Part shown: positions 1 to 29,800 of the stretch, one piece after another
How the letters are laid out: the number at the start of each line of letters is the position of its first letter
Position numbering within the stretch: the first letter of the stretch is position 1
Assembly (NCBI RefSeq): GCF_036321535.1
Contig: NC_087443.1
Coordinates: forward strand, 59,706,001-59,770,000
Source of the DNA: Camelus dromedarius
Lineage: Eukaryota
Length of the DNA: 64,000 nt
Direction: 5' to 3'
The notes under the pieces: generated by a model
The model's database searches: none
Seen by the model: only the letters and a program-made list of their open reading frames with translations
What the model was told of the DNA's origin: nothing
Program-made: the position numbers and the translations under genes

Positions 1-4716
<4,716 letters not shown>

Positions 4717-4817
4717 TGCCGCCCACCCACCAGCCCTTTTTCTGGGCCCCTCTGTACAGTGTCCCTGCCTATTCCAGTTCTTATTTAACACCCCACGCCC
4801 ATCCCTCAGTTGGGGCA

Positions 4818-4823
4818 AATAAA
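4818..4823 (+). terminator. NFKB2 polyadenylation signal AATAAA
   Basis: AATAAA about 100 nt after the NFKB2 stop codon. Confidence 0.85.
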
Positions 4824-4976
4824 AGATTCTCATGGGAAAAGGAGGGGGCCTGGCCTCTCTCTAACTTAAAGCAGCTCCTGTTGTGACTCTCATCCCCTGG
4901 AACCAAATGCCTACTCTCAGGCCTCAGGCCAGTCACTGGAGCGAGAAGGAGGCCCAGCCAGCAAGTCTAGAGCAGT

Positions 4977-4982
4977 TTTAAT
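4977..4982 (-). terminator. Probable PSD polyadenylation signal ATTAAA
   Basis: Plus strand reads TTTAAT (ATTAAA on minus), about 560 nt after the PSD stop; no better hexamer noticed between it and the stop. Confidence 0.65.
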
Positions 4983-5541
4983 GGAGGTGGAGGCTGTACA
5001 AAGGGCGGGACCCACTGAAGGAGGGAAAGCGAGACCATGCTGCCCCTGGCCTGTGCACGGGGCCTCGGCATGGACACCTTTCCTCCACCTCTGGAAAGAG
5101 AGAGGGTGAGTCCTCAGGGAAGAGGGAGGGAAACCAGCTCAGCCCCAACTCCTGGACTCTGAGCCAGGCCCCAGGATGGAGGGGGATTGCTGGTGTCAGG
5201 GGTGGGGGTGGTCTCAGCAGAAAGCAGAAACGTCAGGTCTCCCCCACAAAAGAAAAAAAAAAGCATCAAAAGTCCAGGGGCCCTGGCCCCTCCCACCCCA
5301 GCCCCTGTACGAAAAAGTGCAAAACATTATCACAAAAAGGGGATCTCAGAGGGGCCTTTAGCCTAAGGCTCCTGAGGCCCACGCCCTAGCCCTGCCCTGC
5401 CCCGGACACCGCGTCCGGCGCGGTCAGGCCCTGGGCCAAGGGGCCCTCACAGGTGGCCCGAGGCCGGCCCGGGCTCAGGCAGGACCACGGCATGCAGGTG
5501 CCCAGTGGGCACCACCCTCCCCACACACTCCCATCCCCAAC

Positions 5542-18885
<13,344 letters not shown>

Positions 18886-20228
18886 NNNNNNNNNNNNNNN
18901 NNNNNNNNNNNNNNNNNNNNNNNNNNNNNNNNNNNGGAGTGAGGGGGCAGCATGCTCTTCAGACAGGCCTGCAAGAGAGGAAGGGGTGTAGGGGGTGAAC
19001 TGCTAGGGTGTTGGGTGGGCAGGAGAGCAAAGATAGGGAGGGGAAAGCTGGCTAGAGCCACTGAGGGCCAGGGGCTTAGCCCACCCTGGGAATATGGCAT
19101 CACTTATCCCACCCCTGTGGGTAATTGGTCCTCCTGCTGGGGCTACTTCCATGGAGGCCTGAGGAAAAAAGAATAATATCCCCAGTGGGCCCCTGGCTCC
19201 TCTCCTGTCTGGGGGCCCTGAGAATCACCCTGGGAGGAGAGAGGAAGCTATTTCAGAAACTGAGTGAGCCCAGAGTCCCTGTGGCATTTTGGAACTACTT
19301 CTGGTAGGGGAGGGGGAAGCCAGCTACCCCACCCTCAGGACCATGAGTATCAAGCAGCCATCACCATCATCTAGCCATGGGTCTCCCACAGCCTCTCTTA
19401 TGGAAGCCCCTCATACAGTGAGGGAGAACTCAGGCCTCCTGGAATGAAAGGGAAGAAGAATGGGGGTGGCATATAGGGAGACGAAGGGCTGAGAGGCATA
19501 GGTGAAAGGGAGGAGAAAGGCCTGAAGTCTCTTCACCTAACACATACATGCTGGATGGGAAAGGGATATTCTTATTCTCCATACAGCTACACACATTCAT
19601 GCACACACACATAAGGACAAATAATGTCAGTACATAGCTAAACACATCCATAGGCAACACCCTCGAGCACACACAGGCACAGGCACACACATATTGCTCA
19701 AAGACACACCCTCATACACTCTCACAGTCATAACAAATATGTGTGTAATGGAAAGGCACATGCTTGTTTTACACACACTCTGTCATCAAATAGGAACACA
19801 AAAAGAGATACCCAAATATACATACAGGCCCTCATTCTTCAACGCACACAGAGACACAGGCAATTTAGACACTCACAGAGACCTACTGGTCACAATCACA
19901 CACAAATACAGATGCACACACACGTATACTTAAGCAGGGACATATACCTTCTCCCCCAACCCCCACCAGTCACTGGTCTCTGGAGGGGAAGGTTGCACCA
20001 GAGCCCTCTCCCCATCTCTCGCTCCCACCACCCGCCCTCCACCCCAAGGGTATAACAGATCTTGTCCAGCCCAGAAGGGACCATAAAGGGGTAAAGGGGC
20101 CTCTGGTGGCAATGCAGGGTAGGGGCAGAGGTCAGAAGCAGCAACACTGCCAGGCAAGTTCCTGAAGCTTAATCGGGGCCCATCGCGCTCCCAGTGCAGA
20201 CCTGGACTGGAGCCGCGTCTGTACTCAC

Positions 20229-20400
20229 CGCTGCTCGCCTGGAGCTGGGGCCGAAGAGAGGCAGGGGAGAGGCTGGGCCCAGCTCAGCTGTGAAGGCAGC
20301 ACGGCTCCCGCTTGCTCCCGCTTGCTCCAGGCCCGCCCGCCTCTCAGTCCCTCCTCCTCCCTCAACGCGCGGCTCAGACAGAGCTAATCCCCCCACCCAC
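20229..20400 (-). other. PSD: Probable non-coding first exon of PSD (5' end approximate)
   Basis: Strong minus-strand donor GAGCAGCG|GTGAGTAC at 20229/20228 in a CpG-rich stretch upstream of the exon-2 acceptor at 18968. Confidence 0.6.
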
Positions 20401-21226
20401 CCACCCACCCCCCGCCCTCTCCCAGGGCCCTGAGGCCCAGAGGCTGCCCCCCCTTTTAGACGCTAGGTCGCCGCTGGGCTCTCCCGCCAACCTGAGACCC
20501 GCCCCTGACGAGGGGGAGGACGTATGGAACCCCTGGTTCTGTTCTGACCATCACATGCCCCACCCCAATCGTGTACACGTCCCTCTCGTCCACCACCCCC
20601 TGAGCCACACGCAGAACCCAGATGCANNNNNNNNNNNNNNNNNNNNNNNNNNNNNNNNNNNNNNNNNNNNNNNNNNNNNNNNNNNNNNNNNNNNNNNNNN
20701 NNNNNNNNNNNNNNNNNNNNNNNNNNNNNNNNNNNNNNNNNNNNNNNNNNNNNNNNNNNNNNNNNNNNNNNNNNNNNNNNNNNNNNNNNGGAAGAGAGAT
20801 CTAGGGAACAGCGCCTCAAACCCTCTGGGGGCTCTGACTCTTGGACCCAGGAGATGAAACCCTGACTACTTGCCCAGGATGCAGCAGCAGGAATGTTAGT
20901 CAGACTTCGGAAAGAACTTCCTTGCTGCTTAGGTTAGGCATCCTGCCAGTCTGGGGATAAAAGGTTAGATGGAATGACGCCTGGACTGGAGAAAGTGGGA
21001 GACAGGCAACCCTTGTGCCCTTGGCCAAGGTAGAAGCGGGCCCAGCTATTTTAAGAAAGCACTGCTAGAGTTACTATGGCAACTGCTCTCCTTGGGAACT
21101 CCAGGGCAGGCAGATGGTGACCCTGGAAGGAAGAAGGGGTTTGTTCGGGTGGTCAAGGGGAGCAAGAACGTGCGAGGCGGGGGCGCGCGGGGCTCACCGC
21201 GGGGAGGGGAGGCGCGGGCTCCGCGT

Positions 21227-21247
21227 GGTGCTGAAAGGGACAGCGCC
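21227..21247. promoter_or_regulatory. Non-canonical RE1/NRSE (REST) element with inverted left half-site
   Basis: GGTGCTGAA (reverse complement of TTCAGCACC) + AG + GGACAGCGCC; both halves match the RE1 consensus exactly. Confidence 0.55.
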
Positions 21248-21260
21248 AGATTCGTCGCAC

Positions 21261-21272
21261 TGCGCAGGCGCA
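21261..21272. promoter_or_regulatory. NRF1 motif at the PSD/FBXL15 head-to-head CpG-island promoter
   Basis: TGCGCAGGCGCA matches the NRF1 consensus TGCGCAnGCGCA. Confidence 0.7.
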
Positions 21273-22686
21273 GAAGCGTGAACAAAACTGGGAGGAGGAG
21301 GAGGAGGCGCGCGGCCAGAAGTGGTGCGCGCCCACCTGGCTCTATCCGAGCAGAAATCTGTCCTCCCAGCTACCCCTATCCAAGCAGGCGGAGGAAGAGG
21401 GAGCGAATCCCTCACCTAAGTTGACCCTTCTTGGTCCTTTCGCGATGCTGTTTTCTCCCTTCTCGCTGCATGGTGGGTGGGGTGGAGGAAGGTGGAGGAG
21501 TAGGAAAGGAATTCGGGGAAAATCCGAATGCCTAAGTTCTTTATCCCGACGCGCTTGACCCCGGACAAGGCGCTTCCACTCAAGGGCCTCAGTTTCACCT
21601 TTAAAGTGGAGTGACAGAACAGACCTGCTCATCTTGCAGAGGAGCCCAAAGCCCTGATAAGATAATGTTTGAGAAGCAGTTTTCCTTATGAAGAGGCAGG
21701 CGAAACGGTTGGACGAAGGGAGAGCGCAACCCTGCTAGTGAGGGGGAGCTCTCAGGGACAGCAGTAACCCTCAGCCTCCTTCACACCCTCCCTTCCAATG
21801 GATGATGGGGAAAACACTGCTCCAGGGGTTCCCCAAAGCGAGCAGACCCTTGAACTAGGATCTGGGGATGCTGTGAGTGGACAGCCCAGAGTCTCTGAGC
21901 TCAGAGCTCTGGTGGGGGTCATTACCTCTGGGCCGACCCAGCCCTAGACCCTACAACTAAAACCCCAGGCCAACCGAGAAGCAGTATTCCTGGCGTGCTG
22001 AACTGAGCACTCATTCTTTTCAGGGCTCTAGACCTTCTGGGTAAAGGAAAGGGACCTGGCTGGAGATATAAGCCTTCTTTGCGCCCCTTATATCTCTCCC
22101 ACCAAAGTGTATACCCGTTCCAAATCTTCAAAGAGTGGAAAGGGCTAGATAGCACTGTACTTCACAGTTAACCAGGGATGGAAAATTGGGGCAAGTTTGC
22201 TTGATGAAGGAAGAAAAATTCCAGCTTTGCCCATTCAATACATTCAACAATTATTGGGCATCTACTACGTGCCAGACAGTAAGAGCCTGGATAGTTTCTC
22301 CCCATTTTTCAAACTCGCCAAAAGCGACCAGAGGGCAGAGAAAGTAGGCCCAGAACCTTGGAGTCCTGGCCCCGCCCCTTTACGTTAGGCTTTGCCTGCT
22401 GCTCCCATCACTTCCTTAGAGGCGACCACTGGCCCCAAACGAAAAAAGAAGCCAGTCTCTGCTGCATCACCGTGTTCTTCAGCCTCAGGTCTCAAGCTCT
22501 GTAGCAGAGAAGGCGAGGTCTAAAGTTACACCACTGGTCTGTTCCGCCCTCAGTTTCAGTATCCGTCCGGAATGCTCTCCGATAGCAGCCTCAGTGAGCC
22601 GGCACTCGATTGACTCGGTCTGTCCCTACAGTCCAAGTAGGCGGGTTCGCTGCAGCCGCTCCAAGGCCAAAGCGAGAAGACCTTAC

Positions 22687-22698
22687 TGCGCACGCGCA
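22687..22698. promoter_or_regulatory. NRF1 motif immediately upstream of the FBXL15 ATG
   Basis: TGCGCACGCGCA ends 11 nt before the ATG at 22710. Confidence 0.65.
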
Positions 22699-22709
22699 GT
22701 AGACCGCCG

Positions 22710-24598
22710 ATGGAGCCACCGATGGAGCCGTCCGGAGGGGAGCAAGAGCCCGGAGCCGTCAGGTACCGAGCAGCGAAGGGGCCGAGAGAGGGAAGAAGGA
22801 CCTGGTGGAGGGAAGCCGAACCAGGGCCGTGTTTTGGGGCCGCTTATAGGTGCCGGGGCTCAGGAGCATAACGGAGGCGAACTCGCAGGTAACAGCGGCC
22901 CGGGGACGCCGCCGTCAACGCCCCTTTACCCGCAGGCTCCTGGACCTGCCCTGGGAAGACGTGCTGCTCCCACACGTCCTGAGCCGGGTTCCACTGCGCC
23001 AGCTACTCCGGCTGCAGCGCGTCAGCCGGGCCTTCCGGGCGCTGGTGCAGCTGCACCTGGCTGGGCTGCGCCGTTTCGACGCCGCTCAGGTGAGCCAGTG
23101 GCCAGAGCCCCGCCCCCTTCTGGGTCCTGCCCTTGCCCTGCCTCCGGCCCAGCCCTGAACCCCCAGCCCCACTGTCTCCCCTTCCGGATCCCCCTTGGGC
23201 CTCCAGGAATGCCCGGAAAGCAATCCACCCAGCGTGAAGTACCCTCAAAGGGCGAGTACCAGGAATCAACTCAGAGGGTGCGTGGGGTCTCTCCTGGGAG
23301 GGCAGATGTCAAGCCCCGAGGGCGACCTGCTGCCAGGATAGAACTCCTTAGGGGCGGTAGGCAGCGTCTGCCCCCAGTACCAGCTGAGTCAAGGTGCCTC
23401 CCCGCCCGGCAGGTGGGTCCACAGATCCCGCGGGCCGCATTGGCCTGGCTGCTGCGGGACGCTGAGGGGCTGCAGGAGCTGGCGCTGGCGCCATGTCACG
23501 AATGGCTGTCGGACGACGATCTGGTGCCGGTGCTGGCGCGGAATCCGCAGCTTCGGAGTGTGGCGCTGGCCGGCTGCGGGCAACTGAGCCGCCGCACGCT
23601 AGGGGCGCTGGCCGAGGGCTGCCCCCGCCTGCAGCGCCTATCGCTTGCGCACTGTGACTGGGTAGATGGGTTGGCGCTGCGCGGCCTCGCTGACCGCTGT
23701 CCAGCCCTCGAGGAGCTGGACCTCACCGCCTGCCGACAGCTCAAGGATGAGGCCATCGTGTACCTGGCGCAGAGGCGCGGCGCAGGCCTCCGCATCCTCT
23801 CGCTGGCGGTCAATGCCAATGTGGGGGACGCCGCTGTCCAGGAATTGGCTCGGAACTGCCCAGAACTCGAGCACCTCGACCTAACCGGCTGCCTCCGCGT
23901 CGGAAGCGACGGTGTCAGGTGCCTGGGCCTGGGGTCGGTGGGATGGGAGGAGGGCAGTCACTTACTTAGCTTCTGGGGGTAGAAGCGGGCTGTAGCTTTC
24001 AAAAGGCAGAACTGAGGTTTCTGGACCTCCCTGCTACCATGGCCCTCCTATTCTGAACAGGAAGAGCCTCTAGGAATGCCTAACTTAGGGGAGCCCAGAG
24101 TTTAAAAACTTTTTTTCAATCAGTATTTACACACTGGGAGATTTCATATACAAAGAGTTCTGGCTTTTCTTCAACGCGGGGAAAACCTTGCAATCCTGGT
24201 CGCAGCTGAGAAGCAGTTTCGCTGTTTAGGAGACAGGAAGTCACCGGTTCACTGGAGGCATTGAGTGTATGACTCCAATCCAGGCCCCTTCCCTCATGTC
24301 CGGAGGAAAGACGTATGCCCAGAGCTGGAGGGAGACGGAGCTTTGCTGGCTCCCCCACCGTGGGTGTAGCGGCTTCATGCCCCTAGCTTCACCCCTCTCC
24401 TCCCCCAGGACATTGGCGGAGTACTGCCCGGCACTGCGCTCACTGCGGGTGCGGCACTGCCACCATGTGGCGGAGCCCAGCCTGAGCCGCTTGCGGAAGC
24501 GCGGCGTCGACATCGACGTGGAACCGCCCCTGCATCAGGCGCTGGTGCTGCTGCAGGACATGGCGGGCTTTGCACCCTTTGTCAACCTGCAGGTCTGA
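22710..24598 (+). CDS. FBXL15: F-box/LRR-repeat protein 15
   Basis: Exons 22710-22762, 22936-23089, 23413-23918, 24409-24598 total 903 nt = 300 aa. [19 protein letters not shown]-box [15 protein letters not shown], LRRs ([18 protein letters not shown]), end [13 protein letters not shown]. Confidence 0.97.
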
Positions 24599-24713
24599 CA
24601 CGCCTGCCGATGGGCACAGCTGGACTGTGTGGCAGGGACTATGAACTGTAGGGAAACTGAACTGTGGGGGTCTCAGGTGAGAGGCCAATGCCCTACCCAA
24701 TCCTGAAGCTTCC

Positions 24714-24719
24714 AATAAA
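24714..24719 (+). terminator. FBXL15 polyadenylation signal AATAAA
   Basis: AATAAA about 115 nt after the stop codon. Confidence 0.8.
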
Positions 24720-25015
24720 GAGCGTTTTACCCCCTCTGCCTGGTGCTGCTGCCCTGTTGGAGATCGGGGTTGTGAGGTTGGGAGAGGTCAGACAGACACA
24801 GTACCCCAGCTATGAAATGACAGAATGCACTCACATCTTCCCGGAGCTACCTTTACTGTCCCCATGGCAGCTCCAAGAGGAGGTTAACACTGTGGAGCAA
24901 GAATTAGGTAAAGAAAGGGAACAGGAGTTTGGGTGGGCCCTGTATGGGGGTGTAGGGCTCCTGCATCCCTCTGGGATCTGAGCCTAGAAGGCTTGGGCAG
25001 AGTCTGGNNNNNNNN

Positions 25016-26790
25016 NNNNNNNNNNNNNNNNNNNNNNNNNNNNNNNNNNNNNNNNNNNNNNNNNNNNNNNNNNNNNNNNNNNNNNNNNNNNNNNNNNNNN
25101 NNNNNNNNNNNNNNNNNNNNNNNNNNNNNNNNNNNNNNNTACCGGATTAACTTCTTGGGGGCCTGTCAGGCAATAACGCATTGAGTAACAGAAGACAGTT
25201 GGACCCACTCCACACCCCTAGCAGCCCCAACTGTCTCACCTCCTTGGGAGCCATGGGCCGGTGAATCTTCTGATCTTCTGCACTATCCACCATCATGTAC
25301 CTGCCAAAAACTAGCTGGGTAAAACTCCTGTCATTCTAGGGAGACCCTCTAAGGGCCCAGCCCGACCCAGCCCAGCCCAGACTCACTTCTGCAGGATGAA
25401 GGACTTCAGCTCATCCTTCTGGGGGCCTCTGAGTTGCCTGGGCAGGTCCTGCAGAGAAGGAAGCCCAGTCTAGGCCCTAGGGCACCAGTAGGAGAAGCAG
25501 ATGGGGATAGGCTAGGGGCGGGGGCTTACTAAGGTGGAACATAGCTCAGGTTACATGTGGTGCGGGGGTCTAGCAGAGGATACCTGGTTGGGGCCATCCC
25601 AGGCTGGAGGCCCCTCCTCCTTCCCCTCTACCAGCATCTGCACAGCTTCTTCCAAGTCTCCCCGAGCTTTGGCCAGAACCCACTGGGCCTGCTCCACCGA
25701 ACAGGTAGGGAACACCTCCAGGAGTACATCCACCCCCGGCAGCAGCTCCTCCTCAGTGCCGGCTGCCTGTGGGCATAAATGTTGACAAAAGGTAATACTT
25801 CCTCTTTTCCTGCCCCCCAGCTCCCTCACTGGTAACCTCCTCTACCAGTACCTCATCTTGGGTATCCCCAGCAGCAGCAGCAGCAGGAGAAGACCTAGTC
25901 TCTTCTTTAAGCTTTTCAGGCCTCTGCAAGGGCTCTGGGGATATGGATACCTGACTTTGGACATCAGAGCTCTTTGGTTGCAGGTTCTCTTAAAAAGGCA
26001 GAGAGAGCAACAGGTTTGCCAGGGCTTTGGGGATGAGGGTTTGAGTCACCCAAATGCCTGATTCCCAGACTCACCTTTGTTCCTGGCACCACTCAACTGC
26101 CCTGAGAGCTTCTGCATCATGTCCCCTATTGTACCCCTGAAAAGACAAGGGGGGTGATAAGAGGACAGCTATGCCCACCCTCCACGATCAGCCAGCTCCC
26201 CCACCCTCTCTTGGCCCCAGCCAGGCCCCACCTTGGGATGTGGGCGAAGCCAGGCACATAGGCCTCCATCATTTCAGTGAAGGCCTCCATATCAAAGTTC
26301 TCCTCTGATGGGCCTGAGGGACCCAGGTCCTCCAGGACCCCAAGCACGTAGGAGAAGATGACTTCATCCAAGCCGCTGTAGGAAGGAAACAGGACAAGCC
26401 CTGTTACCTCCAGCATCCCTACCTAGCCTGGAACTCTAGCCCTTGGCTTCATGGGGTCCATGAGCCAGACAGTAAGCCTTAAAGCCAGAGAGTATCCCAC
26501 CCTCCCTCAGAGCCTTGGTTTCCCATTTGGTCAACAAGGGTGACAGGAACAGGTTGAGAGGTAAGGCCATACCAGCAAATCAAAATCAGTACCCCCACAT
26601 CAGGAATAGGGCTGAGTAGTTCCCACCCCAGTCTTTCCATTGGCCAGGGCCCAGAGTACTGACCAGCAGCTCCAACCCTGGCCCAACCATGATCCCTCTA
26701 GGAGGGCAGCTTCTACCTGAGGTCAGCTTCTGGAAGGTGCATCTGGACAAAGGCCAGGAGGGCTGCGCTGACAATCCTCTCCAGCTCCAT
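25016..26790 (-). CDS. CUEDC2: CUE domain-containing protein 2
   Basis: ATG 26790-26788. Exons 26790-26717, 26375-26232, 26136-26075, 25988-25852, 25766-25584, 25448-25387, 25300-25240, and 25162 running into N gap 25008-25139 (stop estimated ~25016 from recalled human C-terminus). [19 protein letters not shown] domain [31 protein letters not shown]. Confidence 0.95.
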
Positions 26791-27399
26791 GCTCTCTCCT
26801 CTTCTGAAGGGACACAAGATGGAGGCTTGTCAGGCCCTCTTCTGCCTCCCTCTACTCACTAGGTCCAGGGGCAGCCAGCTCCTCCCTCCTGCCCTGCTGT
26901 GAAAACCATTTGTTGACATTGCCCATAGCCTCCAGCTCTCCAGCTCTCCAGCCCTCCCCCGCTCTCTCAAGCAGAGCTACAACCCCTCCCTGTCTATCTC
27001 TCCACCTCCTCCAGCCTGAGACAGGGCAGGACACTGTCTCAGAAGAAAGTCTCCAGAGTGGAGGTTTCCCTCACCCCACCCCGTGACCTCTTCCCATCTC
27101 CCCACCCCATTCCCAAGCAATAGGCCCAGACCCTCTGGCAAGAAGCCAAGGTCTTGGGGTCACATGCCTCCTGGCTGAGGAATCCCATCATTGAGAGAGC
27201 CATTTGGCCCCCAAGTCCAACCACAAGGGGCCCATTGTCCAGCCCCTCTAGGCACAGGCTTCAGGACTGAGCACAGCCATTCCCCCAACCAGAATGGGCC
27301 ACCCACCTTCTGCACAAAGGGGCTTTTCTGGCTCTGGGGCCCAGATAGAAGGAGAGGTCTTTCATGAATTCTCTCTTCCTGCCCAGTCCTTGCCCTTCT

Positions 27400-29800
27400 A
27401 GCAGCTTGGGGCTATCTACAGAGGGCTTTCCCTCCTCCTTCCCAAGGCCTGTGGAGCCCTACATGATCTGGCCTTTGCTTACCTCTCCAACTTCACCACT
27501 CCCTCCTTGCTCACTCTACTCCCGCCCCACCAGCCTCCTTGCTGTTCCTCAAACTTGCCCAGCTTCTTCCTACCTATCTCCTCCAGATATCCACATGGCT
27601 GACCTCTCATTTCCGCCAGGGCTCTGCTCAAATTGTGCCTCCACAGAGACGTTCCCTGACTAACCTATCAAACAAGCATCCTCATACTCCCCAATCCCTT
27701 ACCCCACTTTATTTTCTATACAGCATATAATACAGCTTAATGTTATTTTATGTTGATTTGCCTATTTTCTACCTTCCCCGATGGAACATAAGCTCCAAGA
27801 GGGAGGTGTGTGTGTGTGTGGGGAGGCTTTGTCTTATTCATTGGTATAGCCCTAGCACCTAGAAAAATGCCCGCACTTAGTCAGTGCTTGATAAATATTT
27901 ATTTACTTATTTCATTCCCACCTATATGTTTTTGACTCCCTGAAGTCTCTATTTGGGAGTCAGGAACACGTAGGTGGTAATGAACTGCTCCAGACACATA
28001 GGTCCAAATGTCAGCTCATCATGTCACTCAGAAGACTCAGGGGCATCTCAAATTCCACCTGCCCCAAACTTACTATATCCTCCCCATCTGTGCACACCTC
28101 CCTCCAAACATGCACCTCCTCTTGTTTCACTGAGTGACACAACCATTCACTCACTCAGCTGCCAAACCTGAAACCTGGGGGTTACCCTTGATTTCACCCT
28201 CTCTCAACCCCACCTGCTACAATCAGTCAATCACCAAGTCCTGTTGATTCTATTTCCTTACTATTCTTCATTCTCTCCCCTTCTCCCCAGCTTCAGTCTG
28301 GCTTCTGCTTCAACCTCTCTACTAAAATTTCTCAGGCTAAGGTTATGAGTTGCTTCTTCAGGTTTTGGTCTAAATATGAGCTTGCCAATATTACTTGGTT
28401 TTGGTCTTAAAAAAGAAAGATGCGGGGGAGGGTATAGCTCAGTGGTAGAGTGCATGCTTAGTATGCACGAGGTCCTGGGATCAATCCCCAGTACCTCCAT
28501 TAAAAAATAAATATATAAAACTAATTACCTCCCCCACAGAAATTTTTTTTTTTTTAAAAAGGTAGAAAGGAAGAAAGGAAGGGGAAGAGAAGAAAAAGGA
28601 TAAAAGAGAAGAAGGCAATTTCTTATGGTTTCACCTAATATTTGCCCGTTCAGGCAGCATCAATACTGGTCTCGGAGTATCATGCCCTCCTGCTTCTCTT
28701 CTACCTTTCTGGCCATTTCTTCCCAGGCTCCCTCCTCTGGCCTTCTCTCCTCTGCTTCCCTCTAAATGTGGCAGCAAAGCTCAGGCTCAGCACTGCTCCT
28801 CCTCCCTCCTCAGTCTGCACCTTCTCTCTCTGGAAGATCTCATCTGGGCCCACATCTTCGTGTACCAGCTCCATGTCACCATTTCCCAAATGTCCAACCC
28901 TCCAGTTCAGTCTCCTCCTCTGAGCTACACACTTGTACATCTATGTCTCTGATACCTCCAGATGGACGACTTAACATGTCCCAAACTGATGTTCTCCCGT
29001 CTTTTAGTCCTCCAAGGCTGTCCTCAGTATATGTATGTCCATGCACTCAACTGTTCCTGCCACAAGTCTGGGGATTATCCTTGACACCATCTTACCCCTT
29101 GCCTTCTACATCCAGTCAGTTACCAAGCCCTGACCATTATCTCTCAACACATCTACTTCTCTCCATCTCTACTCCCACTCTGCTCCATTTCTTGCCTTAA
29201 CTGCAAGAGCTTCTTAACCCTCCTCCCTACCACCATCCTTCGCCCAACAACCTATTCTCCACAAAGGTCACTGTTGTATGATATTTACCAAAAATCATGT
29301 TTTTCCTGCTTAAAACCTATCAATGACTTCCCACTTCCCTCCAGATAAGTCCAGATTCTTTTTGTGGCCTTCGATTAAGGGCCTTACCCCTGCCTACATC
29401 TCTCCAGTCTCACCATGTATCACACCTTCCCTGGATCACTCCCCTCCACCCTGGCTTGTTTTCAGCTTGTCAGTACTCCAGCTTTTTCATGGGATTGGTC
29501 TTTACATGAACTGCTTCCTCTGCCTGGGTGACCTCCCACCTCTACCCCTTCACATGCTAACTCCTCCACCTTTTAGGTTTCAGTTTACAATTTCCTTCAA
29601 AGGATGCTGCCCCTGACCCTCTAGGACTGGTTTAGTCCCCTTCATCTTACACCCTCATTGCAGACTGCACTTTTCCTTACTTAGCACCTTTCACAGCTAT
29701 AATTTTAAAATGATTGAGGCAATGTTGAATGTTTCTTCCACTTGTTTTATGAGGGCAGGGACTAGACACCTGGCTTGTTCATCAATGTACACTCAGTGTC
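27400..29800 (+). mobile_element. Cluster of L2 LINE fragments in CUEDC2 intron 1 (interrupted by a SINE)
   Basis: CATGATCTGGCC, ACCTGCCCCAAAC, AATCACCAAGTCCTG, AGCACCTAG...GATAAATATTT are typical of L2. Confidence 0.7.
28424..28560 (+). mobile_element. Vic-1-like tRNA-derived SINE
   Basis: GGGGAGGGTATAGCTCAGTGGTAGAGTGCATGCTTAGTATGCACGAGGTCCTGGGATCAATCCCCAGTACCTCCA plus A-rich linker and CTAATTACCTCCCC tail. Confidence 0.9.

Larger units (their letters stand above)
21198..21290 (-). other. PSD: Possible upstream alternative non-coding first exon of PSD (5' end approximate)
   Basis: Minus-strand donor CCCCGCG|GTGAGC at 21198/21197 within a CpG island next to an NRF1 site. Confidence 0.45.

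Noticed and set aside
22594-23982. 462-aa ORF over FBXL15
   Set aside because: It is the exon-3 frame extended through GC-rich, stop-poor introns; the real 300-aa protein comes from four spliced exons.
25449-25583. U12-like donor GTATCCTCT in a CUEDC2 intron
   Set aside because: The 3' end is gggcttccttctctgcag, with no U12 branch point.
28361-28407. GGTTTTGGTCT repeated at a 36-bp period (CRISPR-like spacing)
   Set aside because: Only two 11-bp copies in eukaryotic intronic DNA, with no array or cas genes; a small local duplication or chance.
28424-28500. tRNA-like sequences with A/B boxes (also 17348 and 46830-46909)
   Set aside because: They carry SINE tails and TSDs and lack a proper acceptor stem; SINEs, not tRNA genes.
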